Assembly: GCA_028534125.1 (NCBI GenBank)
Contig: CM052817.1
Coordinates: 74,588,001 to 74,652,000, forward strand
Source: Lama glama
Taxonomy: Eukaryota
Reading direction: 5' to 3'
Length of the DNA: 64,000 nucleotides
Below, piece after piece: positions 26,052 to 40,230 of this stretch. Position numbers and translations under genes: made by a program. Below the pieces are notes generated by a model. The model had not been told where the DNA came from, made no database searches, and saw nothing but the letters and a program-made list of their open reading frames with translations. Every line of letters starts with the position of its first letter. Position 1 is the first letter of the stretch.

Positions 26052-27177
26052 AGGGGAGTTTGTAGGAGTGGGCACAATAAACAAGGAAGTTGGAAATCTC
26101 GAAATTTGTAACAGGGTGGATAAATGTGAATAGAGATTTTGCCCTGCCAGAGTTGAGTAATTGTGAGTTCTGTATTATAACCATTTACTCTGAGCAGGAG
26201 GTAAAGCCAAAAAATATGTCCTAAGCATTGTCTAGTTGAAATCAAAGGGAACCTACTATATTAAAGCATAGAGTGATTGTATTACTCAAGGTGCAAAAAC
26301 AAAACTATCCCACACAGAGAAAGTACCAGATGGGTCTTGGAGTATTGGGATTTTATATGATGTGTTGGTAATAAAACCAACGCAGAAGGAATTATATGAA
26401 GAATTAATTTACATTTCATTTTTTCCTCAATATAATTGCTTTCCTCAATTAAACAAGAAATTTTCAGGACATCAAATGTGAAGTCCATTTATTCCCCAAT
26501 TCACTTGTTTATTGATTATAATGTATCTGTGAGTACTATTATATTACTGCTAGCACCTGATAGCTGAGATAGCCTTAGGGCCCATCCCAAGCTGCCTTCT
26601 CACCCATTTACCTTGGAAACCATTCCTCTCTGTTAATCAGTATAAAATGAAAATGCGCAAAATAATATCAAAGAGACAAATTCTTCTTCAGGCTTTTTTT
26701 TTTTGAAAGTCTAACCGATTTAAAGAAATAATGTCTACCAAAGAAAAGTGAGTTTAAGTCAGCATTACAAAAGATATGATCACAGAGGCAAACATTAGTC
26801 ATTCACATATAAGAACTGTTCAAAGAAGAGTGATCCCTGGTCCAAGGATTTGAGCTACCCAGTCTAGTGGCAGATGTGTCTTTTGTGGAGAAAGATGCAT
26901 TGGCCTGATGCTTTTAAACACTCATTTCAAATAACCAGTTTTCCCTGTTGTGATTTTTCTTTCAACATGCAGAAATTCTCTGTTTATAATGCTGCTTTTC
27001 CTATAATGTGCTTTTCCTATAATGTGTCAGAGATGGAATCCACTGGCTGAAGAACTTGAAGCGTTTAACTCTTTTAGCATTTATGCTTATCATTGTACAT
27101 TTTTGTACATTGATTAAATTTGCATTCTGATTTCTCTGTATTTCTCTCATTAGCCTTCTCGAAGTATTCATACTTCT

Positions 27178-28503
27178 TTTTATTTATATGTAAATATTTT
27201 TATTGAAATATAGTCAGTTTACAATGTTGTATCAATTTCTGGTTAAAAGCATAATGCTTCAGTCATATAGGAACATACATATATATTCATGTTTATGTCC
27301 TTTTTCACCATAAGTTACTACAAGATATTGAATATAGTTTTCCCCGTGCTATACAGAGGAAACTTATTATTTATCTATTTTATAGATATTAGTTAGTATC
27401 TGCAAATCTCAAACTCCCAATTTATCCCTTCCTACCCTCTTCCCCCACTGGTAGCCATAAGTTTGTTATCTATGTCTGTGAGTTTGCTTCTGTTTTGTGA
27501 ATAAGTTCATTTGTCTTCTTTTTTTTTTTCAAGATTCCATATGTAAGTGATATCATATGGTATTTTTCTTTCTCTTTCTGGCTTACTTCACTTAGAATGA
27601 CAATCTCCAGCTCCATCCATATTGCTGCAAATGGCATTATAATATTATCTCTTGTGGCTGAGCAGTATTACATTGTATAAATACTGTACAGCTTCTTTAT
27701 CCAGTCATCTGTCAATGGACATTTAGGTTGCTCCCATGTCTTGGCTGTTGTAAATAGTGCTTCTGTGAACATTGGGGTCGTGTCTCTCTTTGAATTAAAG
27801 TTCCCTCTGGATATATGCCCAAAAGTGGGATTGCTGGATCATATGGTAAGTATATTTTTAGTTTTTTGAGGAATCTCCATACTCTTTTCCATAATGGCTG
27901 CACCAAACTACACTGTCACCAACAGTGTAGGAGGGTTCCCTTTTCTCCACAGCCTTTCCAGTATTTATTGTTTGTGGACTTTTGAATGGTGGCCATTCTG
28001 ACTGGTGGGAGGTGATACCTCATTGTGGTTTTGATTTGCATTTCTCTGACAATTAGCGATATTGAGCATTTTTTCATATGCCTATTGGCCATTTGTATGT
28101 CTTCGTTGGAGAATTGCCTGTTTAGGTCTTCTGCCCATTTATGGATTGAGTTGTTTGTTTTTTCTTAATAAGTTGTATGAGCTGCTCATATATTCTGGAA
28201 ATTAAGCCCTTATTAGTCTCATCTTTTGCAAATATTTTCTCCCATTCCGTAGGTTGTCTTTTTGTTTTGCTTATGGCTTCCTAATTAGGTCCCATTTGTT
28301 TATTTTTGCTTTTATTTCTATTGCCTGGGTAGACTGCCCGAGGAGAACATTGCTAAGATTTATGTCAGATAGTGTTTCACCTATGTTTTCTTCTGAGAGG
28401 TTTATAGCGTCTTACTTTAAGTCTTTTAGCCATTTTGAATTTTTTTCGTGTATGCGTAGCATGAGGGAGTATTCTAACTTCATTGATTTACATGCAGTTG
28501 TCT
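27178..28503 (-). mobile_element. 5'-truncated L1 (ORF2 end + 3'UTR), intermediate-age subfamily
   Basis: [32 protein letters not shown]; perfect 17-bp TSD gaagtattcatacttct (27161-27177 / 28504-28520); ttct/aa nick site. Confidence 0.95.
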
Positions 28504-28744
28504 GAAGTATTCATACTTCTAAAGTCTGATCAAGCCTGGAATACCAAAGGTGATATTTTTAGACTGTTCTGGGGAACACAACTTTCCCAAGAATTATAAA
28601 GAGATGTTTTTGAAATTTATATTCCATGCTCAAATAAATTTATAACTTGATTCAAATTCATACTCTCTACCTACTCACTAGCTATAAGACCTGCATCAAA
28701 TACATAACATTTAATACTCTTTAAAAAATCGCCATTTTAATCAT

Positions 28745-28793
28745 CATATATATATATACACACATATACATACATACATACATATATATGTGT
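28745..28793. repeat. Compound (TA)n/(CA)n/(TACA)n microsatellite
   Basis: Direct reading. Confidence 0.9.
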
Positions 28794-29974
28794 AAGAGTT
28801 GTGAAAACTGAGTAATTTTGAAAAAGGTGAAATACTTAGTGTGTAGCACTTAGTAACTGCTCAGTAAGTGGTAGCTGGTAGCCATAGCAGCAGTAGCAGA
28901 AAATAACCCTTAAGTTTCTCTAGTTACAACATTATAAGTCATTGATATTAACACCACTAATACAGTTTTATACAATATTTTATTTATTTTATTTGCAGGC
29001 CTTTATGTAAGTTGGAAAATAATATTAAGCTTATTTCTAGACAGTTTTTCTTACAACAGATTTCAATTCACCATCAAAACACCTTCAGGCAATTAGTCAG
29101 AGACATGAATGGTGGTGAGTGTGAGCTTATAAAGCATATTAATAAATGTATGAAGGAAACATGACTCATTGAGAAAAGTAAGCACATCTCTATTGACTAT
29201 AGTGATAAAACTAAATGATGAAACATTATATGGAGTCATAATAGCATTTATTAGGGCAACTGTACATACAACCACTAATGATCAAAGCAAAATATTAACA
29301 GAAAATATGGGCAAGGATTGTACTCTCTGCAGGCTGGAATTAAGAAAGCTGTAAAACATCCCATCAAAATATTCACTTCAAATTAAAGTGCACTTTAATA
29401 AAAAGCTAGTTTGTATTTCAAACAATAACTGATAAATCAAGATTTCTCCATTAGTAGGCCTTATGACTCATTAAATGAATCATAAGTACAGTTACACTGT
29501 CAAAACAAGAGGGCTGAGTACAAAAGAAACCTCTTCATACTTAATGAGATTACTACTTATTTCCTTAATGCCCTCAATTTTTTCACATCAATAAAAATAA
29601 AGGTAAAATGCAATGTGTTAATCTGAATTTTTAACTGTTAAAACCAGAGTTTAAAAGCAAACAATAAAAATGTAAGTCTGAATTAAGCAAACATTACCAA
29701 AAACTAGTATTTTTTTCTCTATATCGAGCTATAGATTCTGTAAGTTAGTAAGAAAATTATCAAAACCGCGGTAGTTTCAAATGACTAAAGAACAAGAGCA
29801 AATGATTGTCACGTGAAGAAATACAGTAAATAGGAATTTTTTTTCCTTTTTTGATATCAAAAAGACTGAAAATAAACATAATAATGTATTAAATTTGCTC
29901 ATCAAATCAGCAAAGTAATAGAAACTTCTAAAGTAATAATATTCAATTATGGCCTGATCAACTAAAAAGAAGGT

Positions 29975-30185
29975 AGGCTTTGGTGTCTGACAGTTTAGAT
30001 TTGAATCCTAGAGCCCTAGATCTTTCAGTTGTGTGATATTTAATAAATTCTTAGCCTATCTGAGCTTCCTTTTTCTTTTCTGTAAACCTGGGGGTAAAAA
30101 CAGTTTCTTCCCAGAATTGTGATAAGAAGCTAAGTTATTAAGAGTGGTAGACAAAGGGAGATCCCATAAATATTTATTGCTATCT
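29975..30185 (+). mobile_element. MIR relic
   Basis: ggctttggtgtctgacag..tttgaatcctag..tgtgtgat..ctgagcttc..ctgtaaa. Confidence 0.6.
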
Positions 30186-30631
30186 TTTTTTTTTCTTTCA
30201 GATATTGCAATAAATTCTGTATTGCTATGGGAATGTAAACAGATTCAACCCTTCTGGAAATTAATTTGAAAACTTGTTATAAGTGACACACAATTTTTCA
30301 AATGCAATCATTGTTTCTCTGGGAATTTACACATCAAAATTATCAAAATAAAACAAATCTTTTATGTAAAAATATCTTCTATATAGTGCTAAGTGGAATA
30401 GTGAAAAAAATGTAAGCAACTTGTATGTTCATCAACTAAGAACTTATTGATCAAAATCTAGTATTTTCAATCACTTGAATATTTTATAGACCATTTAAAA
30501 GATTTACATGAAGGTCTTCTGTCAAAGTGAGGGATATATTTTGTTTAGTTCTGGTTTTATTTTTCCTGGTAGCAGCACTTTTCACAGCTTATTGTGCTTT
30601 ATCTTAGTTTTTTATTAGAAAAATAAGAAAA

Positions 30632-30780
30632 TGGGGTGGGTACAGCTCAGTGGTAAAGTGCATGCTTAGCATGCACAGACAAGGTCCTGGGTTCAAGCCC
30701 CAGTACCTCCATTAAAAAAATAAAATTAAAAAAAATAAAGTTAGTTTAAAAAAATTTTTAAAAACCTTAAAAAAGAAAAA
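30632..30780 (+). mobile_element. tRNA-Ala(AGC)-derived SINE (vic-1-like)
   Basis: gggtacagctcagtggtaaagtgcatgcttagcatgcac..aggtcctgggttcaagccccagtacctcca with A box, B box and long A-rich tail. Confidence 0.9.
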
Positions 30781-31726
30781 AATACATAAAATGTAAAGTA
30801 AGGAATTAAACATAACCCATAATCCACTAATTTATAAAATTATTATATAAAGTGTAAAGTGAGTGACTTTTCCACCATCAAATATCCAGTGAGACTTCTG
30901 CACAAGTGATCACTATTCACAGTTTGTAATGTTCTTCTTGCAGTTAAAGATCACATGGTATTTGTTGGTTGAAATCATTAGGGTACAAAATTATATATTT
31001 TCCAACTATCTGACTATGGATAAAGTTTTATGTGTGTAGATATAAGCATATGAAAAAAAGAATCAGTGAAATATCTGCAGTGAGTATTGAGATTATATTG
31101 ATTTCCAAACTTTCTTCAATGTAATTATAATGATTTTTTGAAACTGAATTCTGTACAGTGCAGCAGTTGCCTCCACTAGACATGGACAAAGACTGACATA
31201 GGAAGTAAAGCAGTATTATTCAACTAATTAGAATTCTTTTCTGTGGGGGCAATTGTTGCTATGTAATATGAAAAGAAAAAAGAAGATCAGAACACTTTTA
31301 AGGATCTGGTAAATGAGAAATGGTGTCAATATGGCTTTAATCTCTAGAGCAAATTTATGTTATCCAGGGAAGTGCTTGCATTCAAACTGTGTAACATTTT
31401 GAGCATTATCAGTTATTAGTGACTGCTAAGTCATTCTCACTATGAATGTTAAGACAGGCACACCAGCACTGAATCATAACTGTACTGTCAAGGTATTATA
31501 ACTTAATAATATACTAAACTTGGCATGGCATCAGAATGCCATTAATATCTGAATAGACTTGAGTCAGTATAACCAAGAAGAAATGTTGCCCAAGAGAGGT
31601 GAAGTCTAGCTGTATAATGCTGGAAAACAACCGATGGAAAAACTATGATGTTAATTGTAGGTGATTTATTTATTCATATCATTTATAGATGACTGACCAT
31701 TTGTAAAATTAAAAAAGTAGAGTCAA

Positions 31727-33190
31727 TCAAATAGCCAAAGCAATCTAGAGAAAAAAGAAGAAAGTTGGAGGAATCATGCTCCCTGACTTCAGACTACACT
31801 ACAAATCTCCAGTAATTAAAAGAGTATAGTACTGGCACACAACCAGACCACAAAGATCAATGCTACAGAATGCACTTATGGCCAATTAATGTATGATAAA
31901 GTATGTAAGAATTTACAATGGGCAAGGGACATCGTCTTTAATAAATGATGGTGGAAAAACTGCACAGCTGCATGTAAAATAATAAAATCAGAATACTTTC
32001 TCACACCATACAGAAAAATAAACTCAAAATGGATTAAAGACCTAAATGTAAGACTGGAAACCATAAAACTCCTAGAAGAAAACATAGGCAGAACACTCTT
32101 TGACACAAGTCATAGTGATATTTTTATGGATCTGTGTCCTAAGGCAAAGAAAACAAAAGCAAACATAAACAAAAAGGACCTAATTAAACTTAAAAACTTT
32201 TGCACAGCAAAGGGAACCATCAACAGGATGAAATGACAACCTACTGAATGGGAGAAAATATTTGCAATGATATGACCAAAAAGGGGTTAATACCCAAAAT
32301 ATATAAAGAGCTCATAGAACTCAATATAAAAAAAAAACCTGATTGAAAAATGGGCAGAAGACCTGAATAGATGTTTTTCCAGGGAAGACATACCAATGGC
32401 CAGCAGGCATGGGAAAGATGCTCAGTCATCAGAAGTGCAAATCAAAACCACAATGAACAAATATTGGTGAGGATGTTGAGAAAAGGGAACCCTTGTACAC
32501 TGTTGATGGGAATGTAACTTGGTACAGTCACTATGGAAAACAGTAAGGAGGTTCCTCAAAATAAAAATACAACTACTATATGACCCAGCAATTCCACTCC
32601 TGGGTATATACCCAAGGAAAATCACTAATTGAAAAAGAAAATGCACCCCAATGTTCATAGCAGCATTATGTGTAATAGCCAAGTTATGAAGCAACCTGAG
32701 TGTCTATCAACAGATGAATGGATAAAGAAGATATACATATACATACACACACACTCTGAAACATTACTCAGCCATAAAAAAAATGAGATTTTGCCATTTG
32801 CAACAAGATAGATGGACCCGGTGGGTATTGTGCTTGGTGGAATAAGTCAGACAGAGAAAGACAAATACTGTATGTTTTCACTTATATGTGGAATCTAAAA
32901 AATGAAATGAGTGAATCCAAAAAAACAGAAATAGACTTACAGATAAAAAGAGCAAACTAGTGGTCACCAGAGGAGAGAAGGAAGTAGAGGGGGAGGAAGA
33001 TATTGGTAGGGGTTTGGTAGAGGTACAATCTACTATGTATAAAATAAATAAACTACAAAGATATATTGTACACCATGGGGAATATAGCTAATATTTTGTA
33101 ACTTTAAGTGGTGTATAATCTATAAAACTATTGAATCACTGTGTTGTGTACCTGAAACTAATGTATCATAAATCAACTATACTTCAATAA
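31727..33190 (+). mobile_element. Older 5'-truncated L1 (ORF2 3' third + 3'UTR) with small internal deletions
   Basis: atagccaaagcaatc, aactcaaaatggattaaagacctaaatgtaagac, tatgacccagcaattccactcctggg, ends aatcaactatacttcaataaa. Confidence 0.92.
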
Positions 33191-34077
33191 AGTGGGATAA
33201 AAAATGGTGGTAGGTTCAACCAACAAACATTATTGACTCATTTGTGATTTGTGAAAGCATTTCTTATGTGTCCCAGTTTAGAAAAGTTTGCTGGTTGCAT
33301 ATTGCATACCTCACCCAGGCTTACACAATATATTTTATGACATTATATGTTACCTAGGCTGATACGGGAGTAATTAGACAAAACAAAATGAAAGGAACAA
33401 AAACCAGTGGAAGCTGTATTATGTGGTAGAAGAAAGTATTGGACTAATGCAGCTGAGAGTCCAGGGAGGCCCAGGCTTTGAGTTTGGTTGATGTAGACCC
33501 TCAAGTCCCCGGGTCTTTCTGTCTCTTTGCCGTGACCACCATTGTCATCTTCCATCTAATATTCATCCTTTACCTGGTTTTACAGTGGCTAACAGTTGCC
33601 ACTGATTATGCATACATATTTGTTCATAGCAAATGTAAGATTGGCTTCCAGAAATTCTTCCAGAATAGTAAAGAGGATCTTTTCCATAAGCTCCCTGAAA
33701 ATTACTGTAAGACTCTCAGTGTTCTGAATGTTGCTCATGCCTGTCACTGCGTCAAACACTGAAAATGGGAGCAGGACTAGCATTAGAACTACCGGGCCCA
33801 CTTTCTAAGAGGCACTTAAGCTGCATGGCTGAGATGGAGGTAACTAAGGAGTATAAGGATTCACTATAGGAGGTGAAGGAAATAATAGATTCTGAGCACC
33901 GAAGAGAATGTCTGCTATAACATCCCCCCAAAGAAAATGTTTATATATTTTTAATGTCAGTGCACATATGAGGGAAAAAAATATTAGTCAAAGGATACTT
34001 TCCAATGACATATTTACTGTTAGAAGTTGTTGTCAAGGCACACACAAGATGCAGCAGGTTCAAAGATGTGCTTGTAA

Positions 34078-34879
34078 TGGCCATCATCCAAAAATCCACA
34101 AATGACAAATGCTGGAGAGGCTGTGGAGAAAAGGGAACCCTCCTTCACTGCTGGTAGGAATGCAGTTTGGTGCAGCCACTGTGGAAAACAGTATGGAGAT
34201 TCCTCAAAAGAGTAGCAATAGACTTAACATATGACCCAGGAATCCCACTCCTGGGCATATATCCAGAAGGAACCCTACTTCAGAATGACATATGCACCCC
34301 AATGTTCATAGCAGCATTATTTACAATAGCCACGACATGGAAACAGCCTAAATGTCCATCAATAGATGACTGGATAAAGAAGAAGTGGTATATTTATACA
34401 ATGAAATACTACTCAGCCATAAAAACCAACAACAGAATGCCATTTGCAGCAACATGGATACTCCTGGAGAATGTCATTCTAAGCGAAGTAAGCCAGAAAG
34501 AGAAAGAAAAATACCATATGAGATCGCTCATATGTGGAATCTAAAAAACAAACAAAACAAAACAAAACAAAACAAAACAAAAAAACTAAACATAAATACA
34601 AAACAGAAATAGACTCATAGACATAGAATACAAACTTGCGGTTGCCAAGGGGGTGGAGGGTGGGAAGAGATAGACTGGGATTTCAAAATTGTAGAATAGA
34701 TAAACAAGATTATACTGTATAGCACAGGGAAATATATACAAGAGCTTATGGTAGCTCACAGGAAAAAATGTGACAATGAATATATATATGTTCAAGTATA
34801 ATGGAAAAATTGTGCTCTACACTGAAATTTGACACAACATTGTAAAATGATTATAAATCAATAAAAAATGTTAAAAAAA
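34078..34879 (+). mobile_element. Young 5'-truncated L1; ORF2 C-terminus still open; (AAAAC)n in the 3'UTR
   Basis: Open 125-aa ORF2 tail at 34167-34544; perfect 16-bp TSD aaagatgtgcttgtaa (34062-34077 / 34880-34895). Confidence 0.96.
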
Positions 34880-35809
34880 AAAGATGTGCTTGTAAATGGG
34901 GATTTCCAGCCTGACACACCTCTGGGGATCAATCAGAGCCTTATGAGCTGCCCTTTAAGCTATGCCTCTTTTGCCCCCTTGTTCTTTGGGAGTCTGTTTT
35001 CTCTGAGCACAGCTTGCTGTCTAATGGCATGGCCCAGACACTTTCAGACTTTCAAGTGATGAAATCGTTTGGACCAGAAAGCATGATGTTGCTGTCACCT
35101 GCACTCAGGGTTTGCCCCACTAAAAAATACTCTGTTGGTCTTATGTAGCAGCAGTGCTTTGTGCTCTTTGACTTTTTGAGACTGATCTAGCACTTATTAG
35201 ATGTGAACTTTCTCCAGGTTCCTATAAATTTTGCCCGTAATTAAATGGACCTTGGTTTCCAAATCATTCCGTAATTTTTATAAATTTGTTTTCATTTGAC
35301 TTTTCTGCTATAATGCAGCAGTTGAAGAACTAAGAAACCCCATGCTGTGAAAAATTAACTTAAAAAGAACTGTTTTAATGGGCAGGAAGGGTGTTAGGGT
35401 CTACAGAACTGAAGAATACATACAATAAATGTATTTACCCTATAGATACTTCCTGCTTTAAAGGGAGTTTATTGCTCTTAGAACATAGTCATAAAGTTCA
35501 AACATCATGGATCATGTCCAATCCAGTTACATTGCTTCTTGTACATATCACTCTTACATTTTCACATTAAACAAAGCAGAAAGCTCTCAAGTTAAATAAC
35601 CCAACATTTGTTTCATACCAAGGCAGTGCCTTGTCCTAATCTCTGCTAATTCTTGGTCTTGCTTGTTTATAACCAACGGAATTAGCATGAACTAATAAAT
35701 AAATACATAAAGGATAGGACTCCCTGAACTTAATCACTTGAATTATATCCATTTCCAGTAACAAAGTGTCCTGCTTTAGTGAAAAAAATGCTGCAAATGG
35801 ATTTATATT

Positions 35810-36185
35810 AGGTGTCCATTGGTACCAGTTTATGGTGAAGGCTATATAGCAAAGAGGTCCAGAAACGCAATGGCTCCGATGGAGATACAGTTTATTTCTC
35901 TCTTATGTGTAAAAGTCCAGGAAGGGTAGTTGGACTTCTTGACATCACCCAGAGACCCTGACGAGTAGGGCTGCTTCACCATCCTCCAGGGCATCATCCT
36001 CATCTGCACACTGAAGTCTGATCACCAAGGAGTCGAGTTTCCCCCAGGGGAGAGAAAGGCGAGTACAAAGGAGCACTCCTGGTGGTGTGATGAGGCCCTG
36101 GAGGTGGCACCAGTTCTTTTTGCTCACATTCTATCGGTGAGAACTCAGTCACTCTGGCTGCTAAAGCTGGTGAGAAAGAGTGACT
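35810..36185 (-). mobile_element. Old MLT1 (J/K/L-like) LTR relic
   Basis: agtttatttctctcttatgt..aagtccag and ttttgctcacattctatcggtgagaactcagtcac motifs. Confidence 0.55.
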
Positions 36186-39159
36186 GAGTGACTACCTGTG
36201 GTTTTCATTCTTTGCTCCTATGGAAGGACAGAACTGATTCTAGAGGACAATGGATCTCTAACACTATAAGCATTGACATTTTGCATCTATTTTGTCGTAT
36301 ATCTGAAAGTGAGAAATCAGGCCAATTTGAATTTTGTAAATTTGAAGAAAAAATGAATTTAATATTGGATTATTGTCTGTTAACTCACTGATCATTTCTT
36401 TTTAGCTGTGATAGTATTCTTTGATGAATGTGAGTTCTAAAGAGGAAAACAACTGGTATTTATCAAGAAATCACTCAAGATTTCCTTTAAGCTTAAAAAT
36501 GGAAGCACCCTTAGCTTATAAGCAGAGCTGAATGTGTAACCACTCAAAAAACAACCACCACTTCTTTTGTCATGAGTGTGGATCTGGTGAGGTGTGGTGA
36601 TAGCTTCAAGGCAAATACTTTGGATGCACGTAGCATTTCAGTTTTCCTGTTACTCCCAACTCACTGCTTTATAATTCCCTGTTCCTTAGTTAGAATTTAG
36701 TTTAGAAATACAATTACATCTGTGAAAAACACGTTTTATTGAATTTTTAATTCTAAAGTAAACTAGAGCAGATGCTTTTCCTCCACAAAAAAAAAAAGAT
36801 GAAATAGGAAGGTTGAAATAATAAGCAAAGTATATTGAATGAAAAATTCTGAAGAAAAATTTATCTGAATTCAGATTTGATCAGGAGAATGGATATGTGT
36901 GTAGAGGAGGGAGTTGGTAGAATCCGAGAGGATGACGCCCCCTCACCCCTGGGTGAATTAGGGTGCATCTTTCTTAAGAAGTAGTAAATTGGAGTTCGAA
37001 CACCATTATACTTACCTGGAGCCCTTTAAAACTTAGAACAAAACTACATGTAAAATTAGCAGGAGGAGAGAAGGGCACTCTCCTAGCAGAGAACTGTAGA
37101 GTTTCGTAGATCCAGAGATTATCTGAGCATATGTTGGACATCTATCAGCAGCTCTATACTTCGATATTTAGCTTAAAAATGTGCAAAACTAAACACACGC
37201 TGTGTATTTTTTCATAATGCTTTAGCTCACTGTATTTTGCTAACATCATTGACAAACTAGGTTATCTTCTTAGAGAATACTAGGCAACAGTTCTTATCTT
37301 TGCAGTTTGAAAGATTAATTATGATTAAAAGAAAAGTTAGTGAACTGTTTATCCGAGGAAAGTTACCCGGTATAATCCTTCGACACACGCTGTCGAATCA
37401 CAGCGAGGAAAGGGAGATGCTGTCAGGCCCTCCCGCTAGGAAAGGTTCTCCTTCACGTTTCACATAGTTCCTGTGCTTTGAATCTGTTACTTCCGATTAT
37501 CACTGCAGTGCAGATAGTGATTAGCTGGTGGTTTTCACCTTTATAATGAACCACCTATGTACCAAGTCACTGTTGATAAGCTGCGCAGCTTTCCTCGGGC
37601 TGAACAACCTCCTTTCCTCGTGCGATGCTCTTTCTGTCCAACTAATTCGAGTACATTCGTGGCCACACATATGAGCTATGTGAAGTCTAAGAACCCACAG
37701 CATCTTAACTGGATTTCAAAGAGCACATATTTCAGTAATCTTTTTAGAAGAAAAATGTGTTATGTCTTCTTTGGACTGGACCCATGGCCAAGGGCAGTTT
37801 TTCCTGGTCTGTCAGGGCTCCTGAAAGTTCAGGCTCTTCCTGCCTGCAGACGCACATTATATGCCCAAGGACATGCTGACAGCCAGCTTTCAGGTTCTGC
37901 AGAGAACTGCCATGTCTTGATTGTACTCCAAGATGTTCTAGAAACCCTGGGAAATGCAGCTTGTCCTAAGCCAACTTTCAAACAGAATTGTCTATGGCAA
38001 GCTTTCTTTTCCCACTTGTTTTATTCTCTTCCTCGTTGTATTCTATACCCTAGAAACTCAGTGCTTTCATCTCTCAGGATGGCTTCTAAAAGGGTCTTCA
38101 CTGAAGTTACATGAATTGGAGAATCTCACTGTAACAGATTGTGTGATGGATGACAGGTTACTGTTATGAGAGAGACTACTATACTTAAAAAAAACGCTAC
38201 TCTGCCCTCTGACAATTCAAGCGGTCTGAGGCTCTGTGATAAATCCTGCCACTATTTGAATGTTCGTGTTGTCAAAACTCCAACACAATGCGGTGTAATG
38301 GAATGGACATGGAAGTAGGAGCTGGGAGACCTTTACATCATAACGTAATAGTGATTTATTCTCTCTGAATCTTAGGCACAGGACTAGAGTGTAAGAATCT
38401 TTCAGTTGTATAATTCTGTGATTTTGTGAATGATATACATGAAAGCACCCCCAAAATATACTGGCATAAAAATCATAGAATTTTAAAGGAGTGTTTTTTA
38501 TTGTGGTATGGTGAATGGGTAAATTTTAAAATATGTTTTATGTGTAAGTTTTATTCCCAGTAAATTTCTAGTAATAATGAGGTCTTTCTCCTAATAGTTT
38601 AATTTCTTACCCTTTGCCAAAAGAAAACCAAGTACGTGTTGCTACAGAGCTAAGAAAAGTGGTGAATGGGTATTTGGGGCAATGTGAGTCTCAACCCCAT
38701 TCTAGAAGTTGTTGCCTGCCAGGGACCTAAATCTCTGACATGAGAGAGGGCAACGTCTTTATCTGTGTGAGCATAAGTCCTGTGTTGGGAGTCTTGGGGA
38801 ACAGGGACAACACAGAGATGGCATTCATTTCATTTTTCTACATAGAAATGCCTGTCCAGTTGGCCTAACCTGGCTTGCTCTTACTAGGATAGGGAGAGCT
38901 TTGAGACTGGAGAGATAAAGCATCTCAAGAGGCCCCTCAGGATGGATGAAGGTAAGGGAGAAGATCGCTGTGGCCAGAGCAAACTTTGCTTCCCTTTTGG
39001 CGTGTTCTGACCACAGATGCTTATTAGCAACAACAAGAAGGAACCGACAGACATCTTGGGGATGAAATAACTTCCACACGCTTTACATCATTCTAAGAAC
39101 ATCACTTTTCAAAACATTGTTGAGCTTTTAAATAACTGTTTTTATCAATGTAGCGCAGC

Positions 39160-39380
39160 CTTAATGAATAAGAGTTCCACTCTGACCTGCAGTCAGACTG
39201 CCTGGCCTCAGAACACACTTGACCGTTTACTTTGAGCAAATTATTTAACCTTCCTGTATGTCAGTTTCCTTACTGTTAAAATGCCAGTAAAAAGAATATG
39301 TACCTCATGGGATGGTGGAGAGGATAAAAGGAATACTTGGCAAGTGTCTGTCAACAGAATAACTAATACTAGATATTATT
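39160..39380 (+). mobile_element. MIR relic
   Basis: gcagtcagactgcctgg..actttgagcaaattatttaacctt..tcagtttcctt. Confidence 0.7.
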
Positions 39381-40212
39381 TTGTTTTTTTTTTACATAAA
39401 ACCAATTTTTTGGTTACAGATTTCTGTAACTAAAACCTCAGGCAGCCAGTCAGATGTGTTTATTAAATCTCAATTCCACTAGCACTTCATTTTCTTTTAT
39501 TTCTATTACAGTCAAGGTTCAGATGTATTATTCTAGTAATCTTTCAAGATTCTAATTGCTCTCAGGACCATCCACTTTTGTGTCTGTCATTCAGTTTTCT
39601 TTAATTCTCTCTTACTAGCTTTCAACAAAGTTGTTAAACGGGTGAAATCAGTAGACACTAAACCTCACCCCGTTATCTCATACTCTGAATTAGCAGCTGT
39701 AAATGGTTTTCCTTGCCTGTCTTGGTTCTTTACTAAGCACCCCATCCAAGAGCCTTCTAACGGTGTGGTACGGACCTGTCATTTTATTCTCTCAATTATT
39801 ATAAAAATGTCAATGGCAGATATATCTTAAAAATACAGGATTATAAAGCTCAAAATTTCTACCCCTTTACTTCATAGCTGGTCAGTTAAAGCCCCCAAAG
39901 CATTGAGACTGTCTCTCAAAGTACCACACATATTTTCTAGCTCATGTTGTTCTAAGATAAACATCAGATTCTGAGATTTTGTACATTTCTCTTCTTAACA
40001 CACAACCTGTGTTCTTGCAAAGGGTTCTTAGAAAGCAGTGAGTAGAAGGCTCTCACTGGCATAAACAATGAGAAATGACAACATCCTAGTGTTATCTCTC
40101 CTAATGGTTACATTAGCCTAAAAGAATGCATGACAGCTTCAACATGAAGGCAGGCAGAGGAACGATGGTTTGCATACTGGGAGCTTCTCAGGACCGTATC
40201 AGGTATTATATG

Positions 40213-40230
40213 CAGGCGCCACCTAGTCTA
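40213..40230 (-). promoter_or_regulatory. Candidate CTCF motif
   Basis: Minus strand reads agactaggtggcgcc, close to the core ccactaggtggcgc, in unique sequence with the CpG retained. Confidence 0.35.

Noticed and set aside
37557..38114. 185-aa ORF
   Set aside because: No recognisable motif, splice context or coding-like composition; probably chance.
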